Assembly: GCA_002269645.1 (NCBI GenBank)
Contig: NIVC01000741.1
Location: 124,001-188,000, forward strand
DNA length: 64,000 bases
Reading direction: 5' to 3'
Source of the DNA: Macrostomum lignano
Taxonomy: Eukaryota
In this document: piece by piece, positions 1 to 10,306 of the stretch
Layout of the letters: each line of letters opens with the position of its first letter
Numbering within the stretch: the first letter of the stretch is position 1
Made by a program: the position numbers and the translations under genes
The notes under the pieces: model-generated
The model's database searches: none
The model's input: only the letters and a program-made list of their open reading frames with translations
What the model was told of the DNA's origin: nothing

Positions 1-1250
1 CGATTTTCTTGTGTAATGCTTCAGAGCTCTAACTTCGATGTAATACACCATTTTACCTCTTGTTTTGAACAAAGTCTTGTTGGCTCAAGTTGACCAACTG
101 ACACTGACTCATTCCTGTTCTACATTTTATTCTTATGTTCGTTGACATCTTGGGCCGCATGCAGAAAGCTCTGTCTAGGGTAGTCCGGTCTTGAAAAGCT
201 AGTCTGGACTTGGATTTGGTATGCAGAAACACAAAGTTAGACCGGTCTACTATAGCATAACTAGGCTAGCTAGACCATAGACTATAGACTGAACTACTCA
301 AGTCCGGACTAGCTAGTCTGGAAAATAGTTAATAGTTTATCGATTGAACTCGATCAATTCAAATAAACTAAAATCATCACCACCTCTAAGTATGGCGCAA
401 CGGGTTAACAATGATTGGCCGTATGCAGAAAGCTTAGTCCAGACTAGCTAGTCCGGACTGGGTAGTTTTGTCTAGGGTCTTAACCACTACAAGACTGCCT
501 TTGCCTGCTAGCATACCCGTTCCCGACGGCTTGGTCCGAAATCGGGCCATAGACAAATTAGACAAATTTTCTTAGTCTAACTTTCACACCCGTAGACGTC
601 GGGAGCTGTTAAAGTCAAATGCATTCCATAGAGTTCTAGCATAGATGAGTTTCCAAGATCCATTCAAACTAATGTTTATCAACAAGCCGGAGTCAGCTGA
701 TTCGTCTAGCTATTACTCAACTGCTGACGAGGCCGTTGATGAGTTTGAAGATGAGGTAGAGAACCCAGGAGTCGAACACGTTGGTGAGTGGCACATGGTT
801 CAAGCTGACACTGATAATCCTGACCATCAGCCTTGCCTTAATTCCTCGGTACCCCCGGTGCACGACCTGATTGGCATTCTCCACATGCTGCGGATGAAAA
901 CGAAGAAGCTTTTCTGAAGCTATTTCTGACGGATCAACTGTTTGAAGATATTAGCCGATGGACCAACGCAAAAGCTTGGAAGATCTTTCAGGAGGCAGAG
1001 ACTCAGGATGCTGTACCGAAGCTGGTGTTAAACTGGCGTGATTGCTCCACTAATGAAGCTCGAAAGTTGGTGGGCATTGTGCTGCTCATGGGAGTCGACA
1101 AGAAGCCAGAAATAGCCAGCTACTGGTCAACCGACCTGATCTTTCACTGCCCGTTTCTTTCCAAGCCTTTCTCTCTATCAAGAGACCGATTTAAGCAGCT
1201 CCGTCGTGTCTCCGTTTCTACGACTGCTCCGAGGCTTTAGGTGCTGGTCC

Positions 1251-1699
1251 TGAAGTGAAACGAAGGCGCCGTTAGCAAGAGGATGGGAGAAATCAGCCGA
1301 CACGCGCGTGATGCGTGAACAAGCATCCAGCCTTGGCAGCAACTCCCCAGATGCACAAGATCTGCATGCCTAAAAATAGTCCTGATGATCGGCGAGCAAG
1401 AAGCCCAGCCATGCGACCCTCGCGTGATGCATGCACAACCTCTGACCGACACTGCCTATTGGGCCTCGAAATCCCACTCTCTCTCCCTACTGCTCCTATT
1501 CCTCGTTGCTCGCGTACAGTGTGCTAGCTTATAAAATATACTGATTGAAGAGGAAAGATCCTCGCCTGAAGTTTGAGAATGTGACTCTAGAGATCACACA
1601 GAGAAAGTTACCATCGAAGTCCATTGTTCGTTGTTTTCCTGAACTGTTGGCAGAAGGAAACGATAATATGGGAAAAACCCATATAAATTTTTCGTTTCA
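1251..1699 (+). repeat. 5' LTR of TRIM-like element (449 bp)
   Basis: TGAAGTGAAACG...TTCGTTTCA; matches 2358-2792 apart from a 12-bp indel, two 1-bp indels and a few substitutions. Confidence 0.85.
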
Positions 1700-1701
1700 A
1701 T

Positions 1702-1716
1702 TGGTTCCACTGACCG
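1702..1716 (+). promoter_or_regulatory. Putative primer binding site (tRNA-Glu-like)
   Basis: TGGTTCCACTGACCG starts 2 nt after the 5' LTR. It matches the complement of a metazoan tRNA-Glu 3' end (TGGTTCCCTGACCG) with a one-base insertion. Confidence 0.55.
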
Positions 1717-2357
1717 CGTGAGTCGCCGCTAGACAGAAGTCTCAGACACCATGCAGTTACCGCTCTGCTGCATGTCTTCAACAGCCATTCGAATGAATCG
1801 AGAACTGAGACTTTCCTGCCTTCAGTAAAGGAAAACTTCGAACTAAACAAGACCAATGGACGAAGATCAAGAAGCGACGCAGTTTACCCTTCCAAGAAGA
1901 AACTTTCGTTGAGAGATCTACACAATCAATTTGGTCAAGACGGTATTTTTCCGACGTCCTATTTAACTGCAATGTACCTTCAGCCAGCATCCCGATCTGA
2001 CTGTCTACCAGACGCTGTTTCAATTTGTCGAGTCTCCGTGTCCAGTCCTATTTGCGTCACTGTTTAGGGCATCGAAAAGCCCATTCAATTTGTCGAGTTT
2101 CCGAGTTCACGTGAATCCCCCTCTCAGATCTGATTAAATAGTCAAGAGGATATGCTGGTACAATTCATCCACTGTTGTCACAAGTTCACTTTGCCCCTTG
2201 ACCAAGTTTCGTGTTTCAACAACATCAACTCAACTGCAAGTTACCAAGTGGGACTGCGAATCGCAAGCAAATGCACAACTGTACGCCATGTCATCATTGC
2301 TCCAAGCTTATTTTCAACAGAGCTCGGAGGGCCTCGCTTCCCTGAAAAAAGAGCGAC

Positions 2358-2792
2358 TGAAGTGAAACGAAGGCGCCGTTAGCAAGAGGATGGGAGAAAT
2401 CAGCCGACACGCGCGTGATGCGTGAACAAGCATCCAGCCTTGGCAGCAACTCCCTAGATGCACAAGATCTGCATGCCTAAAAATAGTCCTGATGATCGGC
2501 GAGCAAGAAGCCCAGCCATGCGACCCTCGCGTGATGCATGCACAACCTCTGACCGACACTGCCTATTGGGCCTCGAAATCCCACTCTCTCTCCCTACTGC
2601 TCCTATTCCTCGTTGCTCGCGTACAGTGTGCTAGCTTATAAAATATACTGATTGAAGAGGAAAGATCCTCGCCTGAAGTTTGAGAATGTGACTCTAGAGA
2701 TCACACAGAGAAGGTCCATTGTTCGTTGTCTTCCTGAACTGTTGGCAGAAGGAAACGATAATATGGGAAAACCCATATAAATTGTCGTTTCA
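2358..2792 (+). repeat. 3' LTR of TRIM-like element (435 bp)
   Basis: TGAAGTGAAACG...GTCGTTTCA, followed by the TSD GTCC. Confidence 0.85.
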
Positions 2793-3290
2793 GTCCATTG
2801 GCAAAGATGGAGCCCTTTGTCGATCGTGTGAGGCACCTCTGCAGCAATAACTACATGCCCCGACAGCGACTTTCAATTGATGAGACGCTGGTGCGTCATC
2901 CTCTCGTACTATTTGCAACATTCTTAGACACTGACCCGAAATCGGGCCATTCCCGTCGGGAACGGGTGTGCTGAGATGATTGATTTGCCATAGACTTTTA
3001 CAAACGCGCAGCCGTTCGCTTCGGTGCTGGCGGGATGACCCGAAATCGGGCCATCCGCCCGCTCATGGTTAATCTTAAAATCGGTATGCACAAAAGCTAG
3101 TCGCGACTACCGAGATTCGTCTAGGCTAGACTAGTCAAAGCTAGACAGAGCCCCCAACTTTAGCGCCTAGTTTTAATGATTTTTTTAGTTCTATGGCCCA
3201 AACCCCTGTAAATGCTTTCTGTTTATATGCTGGGTCGCTAACTTAACCGTTCCTATACTGGTTCTCTGTACATATGCGTATACTTCTGAA

Positions 3291-4013
3291 ATGTCAGCGA
3301 CAACAGACTACGAAACAGTTCTTCTTGACATTCTACAAAGACATTCGGCTTCAATTTTGTCGAAGGGCCAAACGCCTGCATTCAGGCGAAGAAGGGCAAA
3401 CGCTTGGGAAGACGTAACATCTCAAGTAAACGACCACTTCAAGACCAATTACACGGTCGACCAGGTGCAGAAAAAATGGAAAAACATCTTGCAACGAGTT
3501 AAGGAAAAAACTACGAAGAAGACTGGAGGCGGGCCAGCTCCAAAAATGTCCTCTAATGACTTCAAGGTGTTGGAGGTAATTGGTGAGGACAACCCGCGCC
3601 TAACACCGTTGTCATTTGGATTGAGCGTTGGCCTGACTGAAAAGGAACATCTTGATGCATCCAGGACACAGGCACCATCTGGGGCATCCGCGAACGCTAG
3701 TCAACAAGATCAATCGACGTTGCAAATTAGCGGCTCTACCACTCAATCGGAGTCAGACAATGCTGTCCCTGTGAATCCGTCTCGACAATCACTGGCTTCG
3801 GGCGAAGTCAGCCATCAGCGAAAGAAGAAAGTCGAAGAAAAAAACTTTTCTGACGAGCTCATCGAGTTTGAGCATAAGAAACTAAAACTCAAGGAAGAGA
3901 AGCTAGCCCTAGAACGGGAGAAGATCGACGTTTTGAAGGAGATTCGAGATCTGTTACGATGTGCCAAGGACAAGACAAAAGACTCCGAGCAAAAGTTTTT
4001 TGGTCTTTTTTGA
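3291..4013 (+). CDS. Harbinger Myb/SANT-like DNA-binding protein (240 aa)
   Basis: Intact ORF. RRANAWEDVTSQVN...TVDQVQKKWKNIL is the Trp pattern of Myb/SANT-like domains. C-terminal EKLALEREKIDVLKEIRDLL coiled coil. Convergent with the transposase. Confidence 0.85.
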   Translation: MSATTDYETVLLDILQRHSASILSKGQTPAFRRRRANAWEDVTSQVNDHFKTNYTVDQVQKKWKNILQRVKEKTTKKTGGGPAPKMSSNDFKVLEVIGEDNPRLTPLSFGLSVGLTEKEHLDASRTQAPSGASANASQQDQSTLQISGSTTQSESDNAVPVNPSRQSLASGEVSHQRKKKVEEKNFSDELIEFEHKKLKLKEEKLALEREKIDVLKEIRDLLRCAKDKTKDSEQKFFGLF

Positions 4014-4242
4014 GTACTCGGTTTATTTTTAGCTCGGATAAAAGCAGTCGCGTATGAGCTACTGACAATATTTCACTGCAAAAACTGAAGCTGTTACAGT
4101 GAATAACTGTTAATACGGTAACTATTTACTATTAAATGATTAGATGGTTCAGGTTAGCAATTGCACATGGTCAAAATGGGTTCCCTGGGTTTTTCTTAAT
4201 TTCGCATAACGTTGTCATACTTTGTGTTAATCGAAAAATAAA

Positions 4243-5292
4243 TTACATTGCATTGCTGATTTGGTCTCGAAGTTGACGGCCTCTCCTTTGTCTTTGCTGT
4301 TCACGTTGATTGGCGTTGTAATTAACTACTTCTGGCTCCGGATCATCCCATTCTGCTGCGAGATGCTCAGGAAGATCATCATGAGGATCGTCCTGGGTGC
4401 GAGCGAAATTGTGTAGCTTACAACAGGTCACAATTAATGTTGGTACACGGTCTAGTGGTACGCGTAGGATGCTAATGCAGTTGAAACGGCGCATTAAAAT
4501 TCCGAATGTCTGCTCGATTCGAACTCTCGCTCGGCTGAGTTCGCGATTGAATATTCTCTGCCGGCCATCTGGGTTTTGATATGGAGTGAGTAGAAAATCG
4601 CAGAGTCGGTATCCAGAATCTCCGACAAGATAGCCCTCCCATTGGGCGTCTAGAAGCGATCCAAAAAGAAAACTGTTGCGAAATATTCTCGAGTCATGGA
4701 CTGAACCAGGCCATTGAGCAGTTATTTCGAGAAAGAAGTATCTCGCATCGCAGACTGCTTGGACGTTAATAGAGCGGTAGTTTTTACGATTAATGAATTC
4801 ATCTGGAAAGTTCTCATTAGATGGCCTTTGAATTCGTATATGCGTACAGTCGATAGCACCGATTACATCTGCCAGTTGACTAATTTGATTAAACCCCGTT
4901 GACACTCGCGTCCGCTCAACACCTGGCTCTGGATAGCGGATGTTATTTAAGCGGAGATTCAGTATCCTGACCACTCCCCAGTAGCAGCGGGACATGGTGC
5001 TTTGGTCGATACCTCCAAGAGCAGACTGGTTCTGCTGAAAGCTTCCAGTGTCGAGATAAGATAGTGTCAGGCACAGCTGTAGCATGGGAGTCAGGCTTCT
5101 GTTACGCATTGTCGTCCGTTCGAGATCTGTCTCGACAAGCTCCACAAGTGATAGAAGTGATCTAGGTTCGAACCGAAACAGTCTTTTAATTTCAACCTCC
5201 GAGAATTGTTGAAGTGGCTCCAACCGATCACGAAATATGCGTTGTCGATGGAGGTCTCGCTGAACTAAATCTATCGCAACCAAAATATTCAT
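4243..5292 (-). CDS. Harbinger (HARBI1-like, DDE_Tnp_4) transposase
   Basis: Intact ORF (ATG at 5292; the track starts at TTG 5301). Motifs GAIDCTHIRI, NRKNYRSINVQAVCD, WPGSVHDSRIF, YLVGDSGY and FNRELSRARVRIEQTFGIL supply the D-D-E triad. Confidence 0.95.
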   Translation of the reverse strand: MNILVAIDLVQRDLHRQRIFRDRLEPLQQFSEVEIKRLFRFEPRSLLSLVELVETDLERTTMRNRSLTPMLQLCLTLSYLDTGSFQQNQSALGGIDQSTMSRCYWGVVRILNLRLNNIRYPEPGVERTRVSTGFNQISQLADVIGAIDCTHIRIQRPSNENFPDEFINRKNYRSINVQAVCDARYFFLEITAQWPGSVHDSRIFRNSFLFGSLLDAQWEGYLVGDSGYRLCDFLLTPYQNPDGRQRIFNRELSRARVRIEQTFGILMRRFNCISILRVPLDRVPTLIVTCCKLHNFARTQDDPHDDLPEHLAAEWDDPEPEVVNYNANQREQQRQRRGRQLRDQISNAM

Positions 5293-5738
5293 TTCTTTCA
5301 ATCGTCTAAGGGCGAAGGCAATGCAAAATTAGCTATCAAGACAGCTCTAGAGCAGGCTAGGTTTTGTCTAGTCCAGACTAACTAGTCAAAGCTTTTATGC
5401 ATACCAAAGTAAGACTAAGCTACCATAGACAGAACTAGGGTAGTTTTGTCTATGCTAGACCGGTCTAAATTTGCGTTTCTGCATACCAAATCCAAGTCTA
5501 GACTAGCTTTTCAAGACCGGACTACCCTAGACTAAGCTTTCTGCATACGGCCCATTGTGTCTCATCTCTTTGTCGAAAAAGAATTTAACTTTTTTTCTTT
5601 TGAATTTCAAAGCGCGTCACTCGGATACAGTTTTGGCCACAGACAGTCTGAATTGAATTTCATCTGTTTCAATAGAAAGGGACTTCGTTTTAATTGAAGT
5701 TCTGCTTATTTATTTTTTTAGCTTATAGGAGGTAAAAT

Positions 5739-5893
5739 CAAGGACAACTTGATAACTCAGGACCGGAAACGAGCCAATTCATGGCGAAAAAAAGTATGAG
5801 GCTCGTTTAAAAGCATTGTTCTATGGCCCATCAAAAGCCTTCAAAAGCCAGTTATTGGCTCGTTTCTGGTCCTGAGTTATCAAGTTGTCCTTG
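5739..5893. mobile_element. 155-bp MITE, hAT-type
   Basis: 40-bp TIRs (CAAGGACAACTTGATAACTCAGGACCGGAAACGAGCCAAT at 5739-5778; complement at 5854-5893, 1 mismatch). Perfect 8-bp TSD GGTAAAAT at 5731-5738 and 5894-5901. Confidence 0.85.
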
Positions 5894-6880
5894 GGTAAAA
5901 TAGTGTAATAGTGTAAAAAGGTATATTAACTGTCATGTCCAAAAGCTTCAATGAATGACGAGTGCGCGCGAATTTGAAAATCAATAGAAACTATAAGGTT
6001 GCGTGCAAAAACAACATGCTTCTTGCTCCAAGAGAACATCATATACCACAGTGGCCCTTGCGAAAGTTCACATACTGGAAAAAAGTAAAATTCCAAAATT
6101 CATAAAATGCCTCCACATTGACTCAAGACCATACATTTCGAGGCATCGGCTGAACCAATGTCTAACACTGCAGACAATCTATCACTCCGTTTCTGCATAT
6201 TTGTATTTGAACGCTCAGTGGCGACCTCCACGTAGTTACGCACACAATCAGTGAAATTCTACTCCAGATGTAACTATTTGACTGATTAAATACTACAGAC
6301 TCACACAGCACCTCAGGAATCTCAGTAGAATGACAACAGAAAAGTTATTAGTGGCACTGCAACCGAAGCCGCGTGTAAAATATGCGCATCGTCACGATCA
6401 AGGGAAACGGCTACGAGATGAGCGCTTTGCACAGCGGCTAGCAGCCATTTTTTCCATCAACAGCAAATAATTGAGCTGCTTTGTAAATGCGATGCTCACA
6501 CATTGCCTGCCAATTAGCTGCTTACACTCGAATGCAACTTCAGAGTGAATGAAAACAGACTGCCGCGTAACTTAGGGGAACTGGGTAAGAAATCCGGATC
6601 ATTCATAATGTCGGTTGAATGAAATTTTAAGTATGTGAAATAAGCTTGCGTCAAAATTTGATGTTTAATGATTTAACAAAGCTTCGTTGATACCAAACAG
6701 CAATAGATAATGCTAGCTGGTTTATAATATCAAGAATCATTGAGTGCGGTTGGATTTCTGGAGGGATTCTTCCGACGAGTGGGAAAAAATTTATAAAGAA
6801 AAACGTAGACTGCCCAAGGCTACACTTCCCTACGAGACTCGCAGTTTTAAAAGTACATCTGCGAGTGTCCGCCATCACCA

Positions 6881-8077
6881 TCAGCCAATATTCCCTGACG
6901 TGACTCGCAGCCGCATCTGCGGGTCGATGTACACCTCGTCCAGCTGCCGGGAGAGTGTGTTGTGCTCGCATATCCACTCTCCTGGACTGCGTCGATAGCG
7001 CAGCCTGAGGGCTGCTAGAGCCGACATCCGGTAGAACGACACGGCATGGAAGCAGCTCTCCACCTTCACCGGCGGCAGGCTGCGCGGTGCGTCCCGAAGC
7101 GATCTCTCGTAGCTGACCACCGGGTACTTTGTGTCCTCGCCGAAGCGCTTGTTCAGGTGGAAGCTCAGCGTGCACGGGTCGTAGAGGTGGCTGTCCTGAG
7201 TAGTGTGGGCGCACAGCTGCTGCAGCTTAGGCTTGGCCGCAAAGTAGTAAAGTCCCTGGGTGATGCTGTCCAGATCCCAGTCCTGCCAGGTGATGTCTGG
7301 GTCCACGATCAGCAGGAGCGATGCCCGGTCGGCCAGGTGCTCGTAGATGTAGTCCAGGTACATGTTGCGGAGGGCGGACATGATCAGGCCGCGCTCGACC
7401 TCCTCGGAGAAGGTGCGGTTTATTTGGACACCTGGCAGGTGCTGGCGGCCGCTGCCGTAGCGGACGTTGATTTCGCACGGCAGCGGGGAGTTGACCCGGC
7501 CGCAGCCCAGCAGCCGCACATTCGGGTCGGTCAGCGTCATGTTGTACAGGAAGCTGCGAGTCGAATCGTTTGAGTTGTTCTCGACCAGCACCAGCCAGGA
7601 CTCGTTGAACAGAGCTCTGAGGCGCTGGACATTGTGCATGGTGCTCGGCAGGCCGGCCATGCTGGTGCGCACAGTGGCTGCCACCACCGCCGACTGGCTG
7701 CGGAGCCACGCCCTGCCGGCCCCTGCTCGGTGCGAGCGGCTCCTCTCGGCTTCGGAGAGCCGCATGAGCGGCAGCAGCAGGCCGGGCCTGTCAAAGCGGT
7801 ACAGTGACTCGCGCATGCCGCGGACCAGCCGGTCGTAGTGCCTCTGAAAGGCGCCGTTTTGCCCGGTGTAAATTTTCGGTGGAATCAGCTCTTTCCCCTC
7901 CACCAAGGCTGGAGGTCCGGTGGGCGCTGAAATGTGAGTCATTCCAATGACTGCGCTGGAGTGCGTCAGCTGCAGGCTGCACAGCAGGAAGGAGAGGGCT
8001 GCTCCCATCGCCATGCCGCCTACAAAAATCCCTATTCTAAGTGGCTTGACTCGACAGGCGCCGAGTAGAGGTCGCAT
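6881..8077 (-). CDS. Intronless type II membrane GT-A glycosyltransferase, CAP59/GT69-like motifs (398 aa)
   Basis: N-terminal hydrophobic anchor (IGIFVGGMAMGAALSFLLCSL). Motifs VLVENNSNDSTRSFL, ALRNMYL, LLIVDPDI (DxD), PVKVESCFHAVSFY and CEHNTL..VYIDP. Family assignment is from motif recall. Confidence 0.7.
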   Translation of the reverse strand: MRPLLGACRVKPLRIGIFVGGMAMGAALSFLLCSLQLTHSSAVIGMTHISAPTGPPALVEGKELIPPKIYTGQNGAFQRHYDRLVRGMRESLYRFDRPGLLLPLMRLSEAERSRSHRAGAGRAWLRSQSAVVAATVRTSMAGLPSTMHNVQRLRALFNESWLVLVENNSNDSTRSFLYNMTLTDPNVRLLGCGRVNSPLPCEINVRYGSGRQHLPGVQINRTFSEEVERGLIMSALRNMYLDYIYEHLADRASLLLIVDPDITWQDWDLDSITQGLYYFAAKPKLQQLCAHTTQDSHLYDPCTLSFHLNKRFGEDTKYPVVSYERSLRDAPRSLPPVKVESCFHAVSFYRMSALAALRLRYRRSPGEWICEHNTLSRQLDEVYIDPQMRLRVTSGNIG

Positions 8078-8376
8078 GGTCGCTTAAAATCTTTGTTTTT
8101 AACAGTGCAGTATCAGGTGTCTCGATTTCAGTCTTGTAGGAGACTGACGGCCTGTAAAACTTTAATTCATCTTCATAAGGAGAGACAACCAATAGGGACT
8201 GTTGGCCGTACTTGTAGGGGCGCTGCTTTTCTTGGACACAATCCTCTCGATCTGGACACATCTGTATAGACCAATCGCGCGCGCCGCCCGCGTAGCCGCG
8301 ACACCCTTGCCTAAAAATTCTGCATTTATAGCGATCTTCTTCGAATAAAAATAATTGACTCTATCTATCCGTATGA

Positions 8377-8763
8377 ATAAACTAAGCAAATGCTCAAACT
8401 CAAGCAAATGCTTAGGTCAGTAAGAATAAGCTGAGCTCTTACTCAGGAGTAAATACTCCAGAGTATTTTCTCAGATTCCTGAGAAAGTTTTCGGCTGCAG
8501 AGCAATTGCTCCAGTCAGTAAGAATAAAAAACATGGTCATAGACAAAAGAGCGGAGCATTTGCTCAAGAAACGCTGAGGCAGCTCTAAAGCTGACTCAGC
8601 CGGTAAAAGCCACTGTTTCCATTTTTTCTCTTGTAAGAAATCTCTTGCTATTGCTTTAATCAGGCTCTTCTTTTCACATGGAAGTCCTAGTCTATGGTCA
8701 AGATTCAAGTGAACTCAATGCTCAGAGTGCGAGCATTTGCTCAAGAGCATTTGCTCAGTTTAT
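8377..8763. mobile_element. Degenerate MITE-like inverted-repeat element
   Basis: ATAAACTAAGCAAATGCTC at the left, GAGCATTTGCTCAGTTTAT at the right; GAGCATTTGCTC is repeated internally. No TSD seen. Confidence 0.4.
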
Positions 8764-10035
8764 AATTTCATGCGTTGGAGGTTTAAAACTTGAACATTTG
8801 ATTTCTATCCTCTGGATACTTCGAGTAATTTTGGAGAGCGAAAATGGTGTCTCGCGACACTGTAGTTGAAAATTGAACAAATTAGCCTGGTAAAATGCGA
8901 ATTCTATTAAAAGTAAATTTCTTTTCACCTCAGGATACAAGACCTCTCAGGCCTCTCTCCATGCAACTGGTACGTAGCCCAAGGAGGTCCAATTGATGCT
9001 TTTTCACGGCCTCGGGGAAGAACTCTGGGTAGATGCATCGTCGGGCCCAGGCGCCTTGAACAGGTTAAGGACCTTGCCGCGCTAGTAGTGCGGTCTTTGG
9101 CGATAATAGACTTCGCTAGGCCTTGCCCTCCCACAGTGTAGTCAGGCGGGTCTTGCTGGGTCGGGGATTTAGGGAAGAAACAGCTGAGCATGTCTCTACT
9201 CGGAGCTCTCCATGACCCAGCCATCAGGCCACAGAGTGTAGAAAAAGGCGGTCGTTCGTGGCCCAATGCCCCGGAGCAGTCTGCCGCCAGTGCAGTCTCT
9301 GTCTCCAGTTGGTGTGGGAACTGAGAGAGGCCCTATTTATGGGGGCCGGGCTGGATTTAGATGGCGTGAATTTGCCATACAGTGCAATCCAATTCCACAG
9401 AAGTTCGGCTTACTTCGGTTCTTAAGCCAGCCGGGCTAAACGGAAAATGTCACACAGCATGCTCAACAGACTGCAGTTTTGTTTCAGCCAATCAGATTCA
9501 AGATAAGGGTTAGGGCTATGCGATGATAAGCCGTCCAACCGTGCCGTTTCACTGCGTGCCGTCACACCCACCACCCCTAATTTCAGCCCCGCAAGTCACG
9601 CAGACCACAAGCTGAATTTTGCACAACCCCTTGCCGCCTCTGATTGGCTGAATTTAATTTCTTCATTTGTCTGCTCATGCAAGTCACAGTACGGGCGAGT
9701 TAGAAGCGGCTGAGTTGTTTTGATGAATCATGCCGCCAATCGTGCAATCCGTCCTTACTTTATTCTCGTAGATTTCAAAAGGATCTCAATGCAAAGTTCA
9801 CTTTCTCTCGGTCTCTTGTAATGATAAGTTGCACCTGTACAATATTAATATGCAAGCTTATACGCTCGTAGTTCATAATCAAGGAATCTCGTGACCGCAA
9901 TACTTAGGGAGATTAAGCTATGTTAGGGGCCACAGCGTCATTGCATGACTCTCTGATGTACCCAGACTCCTAATCATTTTTTCTCAAACAAAAGTCCCGA
10001 AGAATTGGTATGCATCAGTTCACTGCCGGCTTGTT

Positions 10036-10306
10036 ACACAGACAGGCAGAAAGACAGACAGACAGACAGGCAGGCAGGCAGGCAGACACAGACAAACAGG
10101 CAGACAGACAGGCAGGCAGGCAGACAGGCAGGCAGGCAGGCAGACACAGACAAACAGACAAGCAGACAGACAGACAGGCAGGCAGGCAGACAGGCAGGCA
10201 GGCAGGCAGACACAGACAAACAGGCAGACAGACAGGCAGGCAGACAGGCAGACAGACAGACAAGCAGACAGACAGACAAGCAGACAGACAGACAGACAGA
10301 CAGACA
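10036..10306. repeat. (GACA/GGCA)n microsatellite
   Basis: Direct reading; explains the spurious QTDR/CLSV ORFs. Confidence 0.95.

Larger units (their letters stand above)
1251..2792 (+). mobile_element. Non-autonomous LTR retroelement (TRIM-like)
   Basis: Near-identical direct repeats 1251-1699 and 2358-2792 with TG...CA ends. 4-bp TSD GTCC (1247-1250 and 2793-2796). PBS-like TGGTTCCACTGACCG at 1702-1716. Purine tract GAAAAAAGAG before the 3' LTR. The 658-bp interior has no recognisable gag/pol. Confidence 0.85.
645..2893 (+). pseudogene. piggyBac (PGBD-type) transposase remnant: frameshifted, interrupted and truncated
   Basis: Acidic N-terminus, then EEAFLKLFLTDQLFEDISRWTN, WRDCSTNEARKLVGIVLLMGVDKKPEIASYWSTD, SRDRFKQL..LRFYD. 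After the LTR insertion it resumes PLAKMEPFVDRVRHLCSNNYMP..FSIDETLV (first catalytic Asp) and then breaks off. Confidence 0.85.
484..3068 (+). mobile_element. Internally deleted piggyBac-like element nested in the Harbinger left subterminal region
   Basis: Bounded by TTAA at 480-483 and 3069-3072 (TTAA|CCA...TGG|TTAA). Internal imperfect inverted repeat AGCAYACCCGTTCCCGACGG at 510-529 and 2953-2972. Motif CCGAAATCGGGCCAT occurs three times (near 536, 2937 and 3040). Contains piggyBac transposase fragments. Confidence 0.7.
152..5553. mobile_element. PIF/Harbinger DNA transposon (two-ORF, possibly autonomous) carrying nested insertions
   Basis: 98-bp TIRs at 152-249 (GGGCCGCATGCAGAAAGC...) and 5456-5553 (...GCTTTCTGCATACGGCCC), 6 mismatches. 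Subterminal CTAGTC/ATGCAGAAAGC repeats near 270-480, 3080-3150 and 5340-5450. Convergent Myb/SANT and DDE ORFs inside. Flanking 3-mers CTT/ATT do not form a perfect TWA TSD. Confidence 0.9.

Noticed and set aside
39-5910. Possible fourth, outer TIR element (ACACCATTTTACCTC near 45-59 versus GAGGTAAAAT..AGTGT near 5729-5906)
   Set aside because: Only about 15 bp of inverted match and the left side is cut by the window edge; too little to call.
8935-9380. Possible solo LTR (TATA-like motif; TGT start on the minus strand)
   Set aside because: No matching CA end, TSD or second copy.
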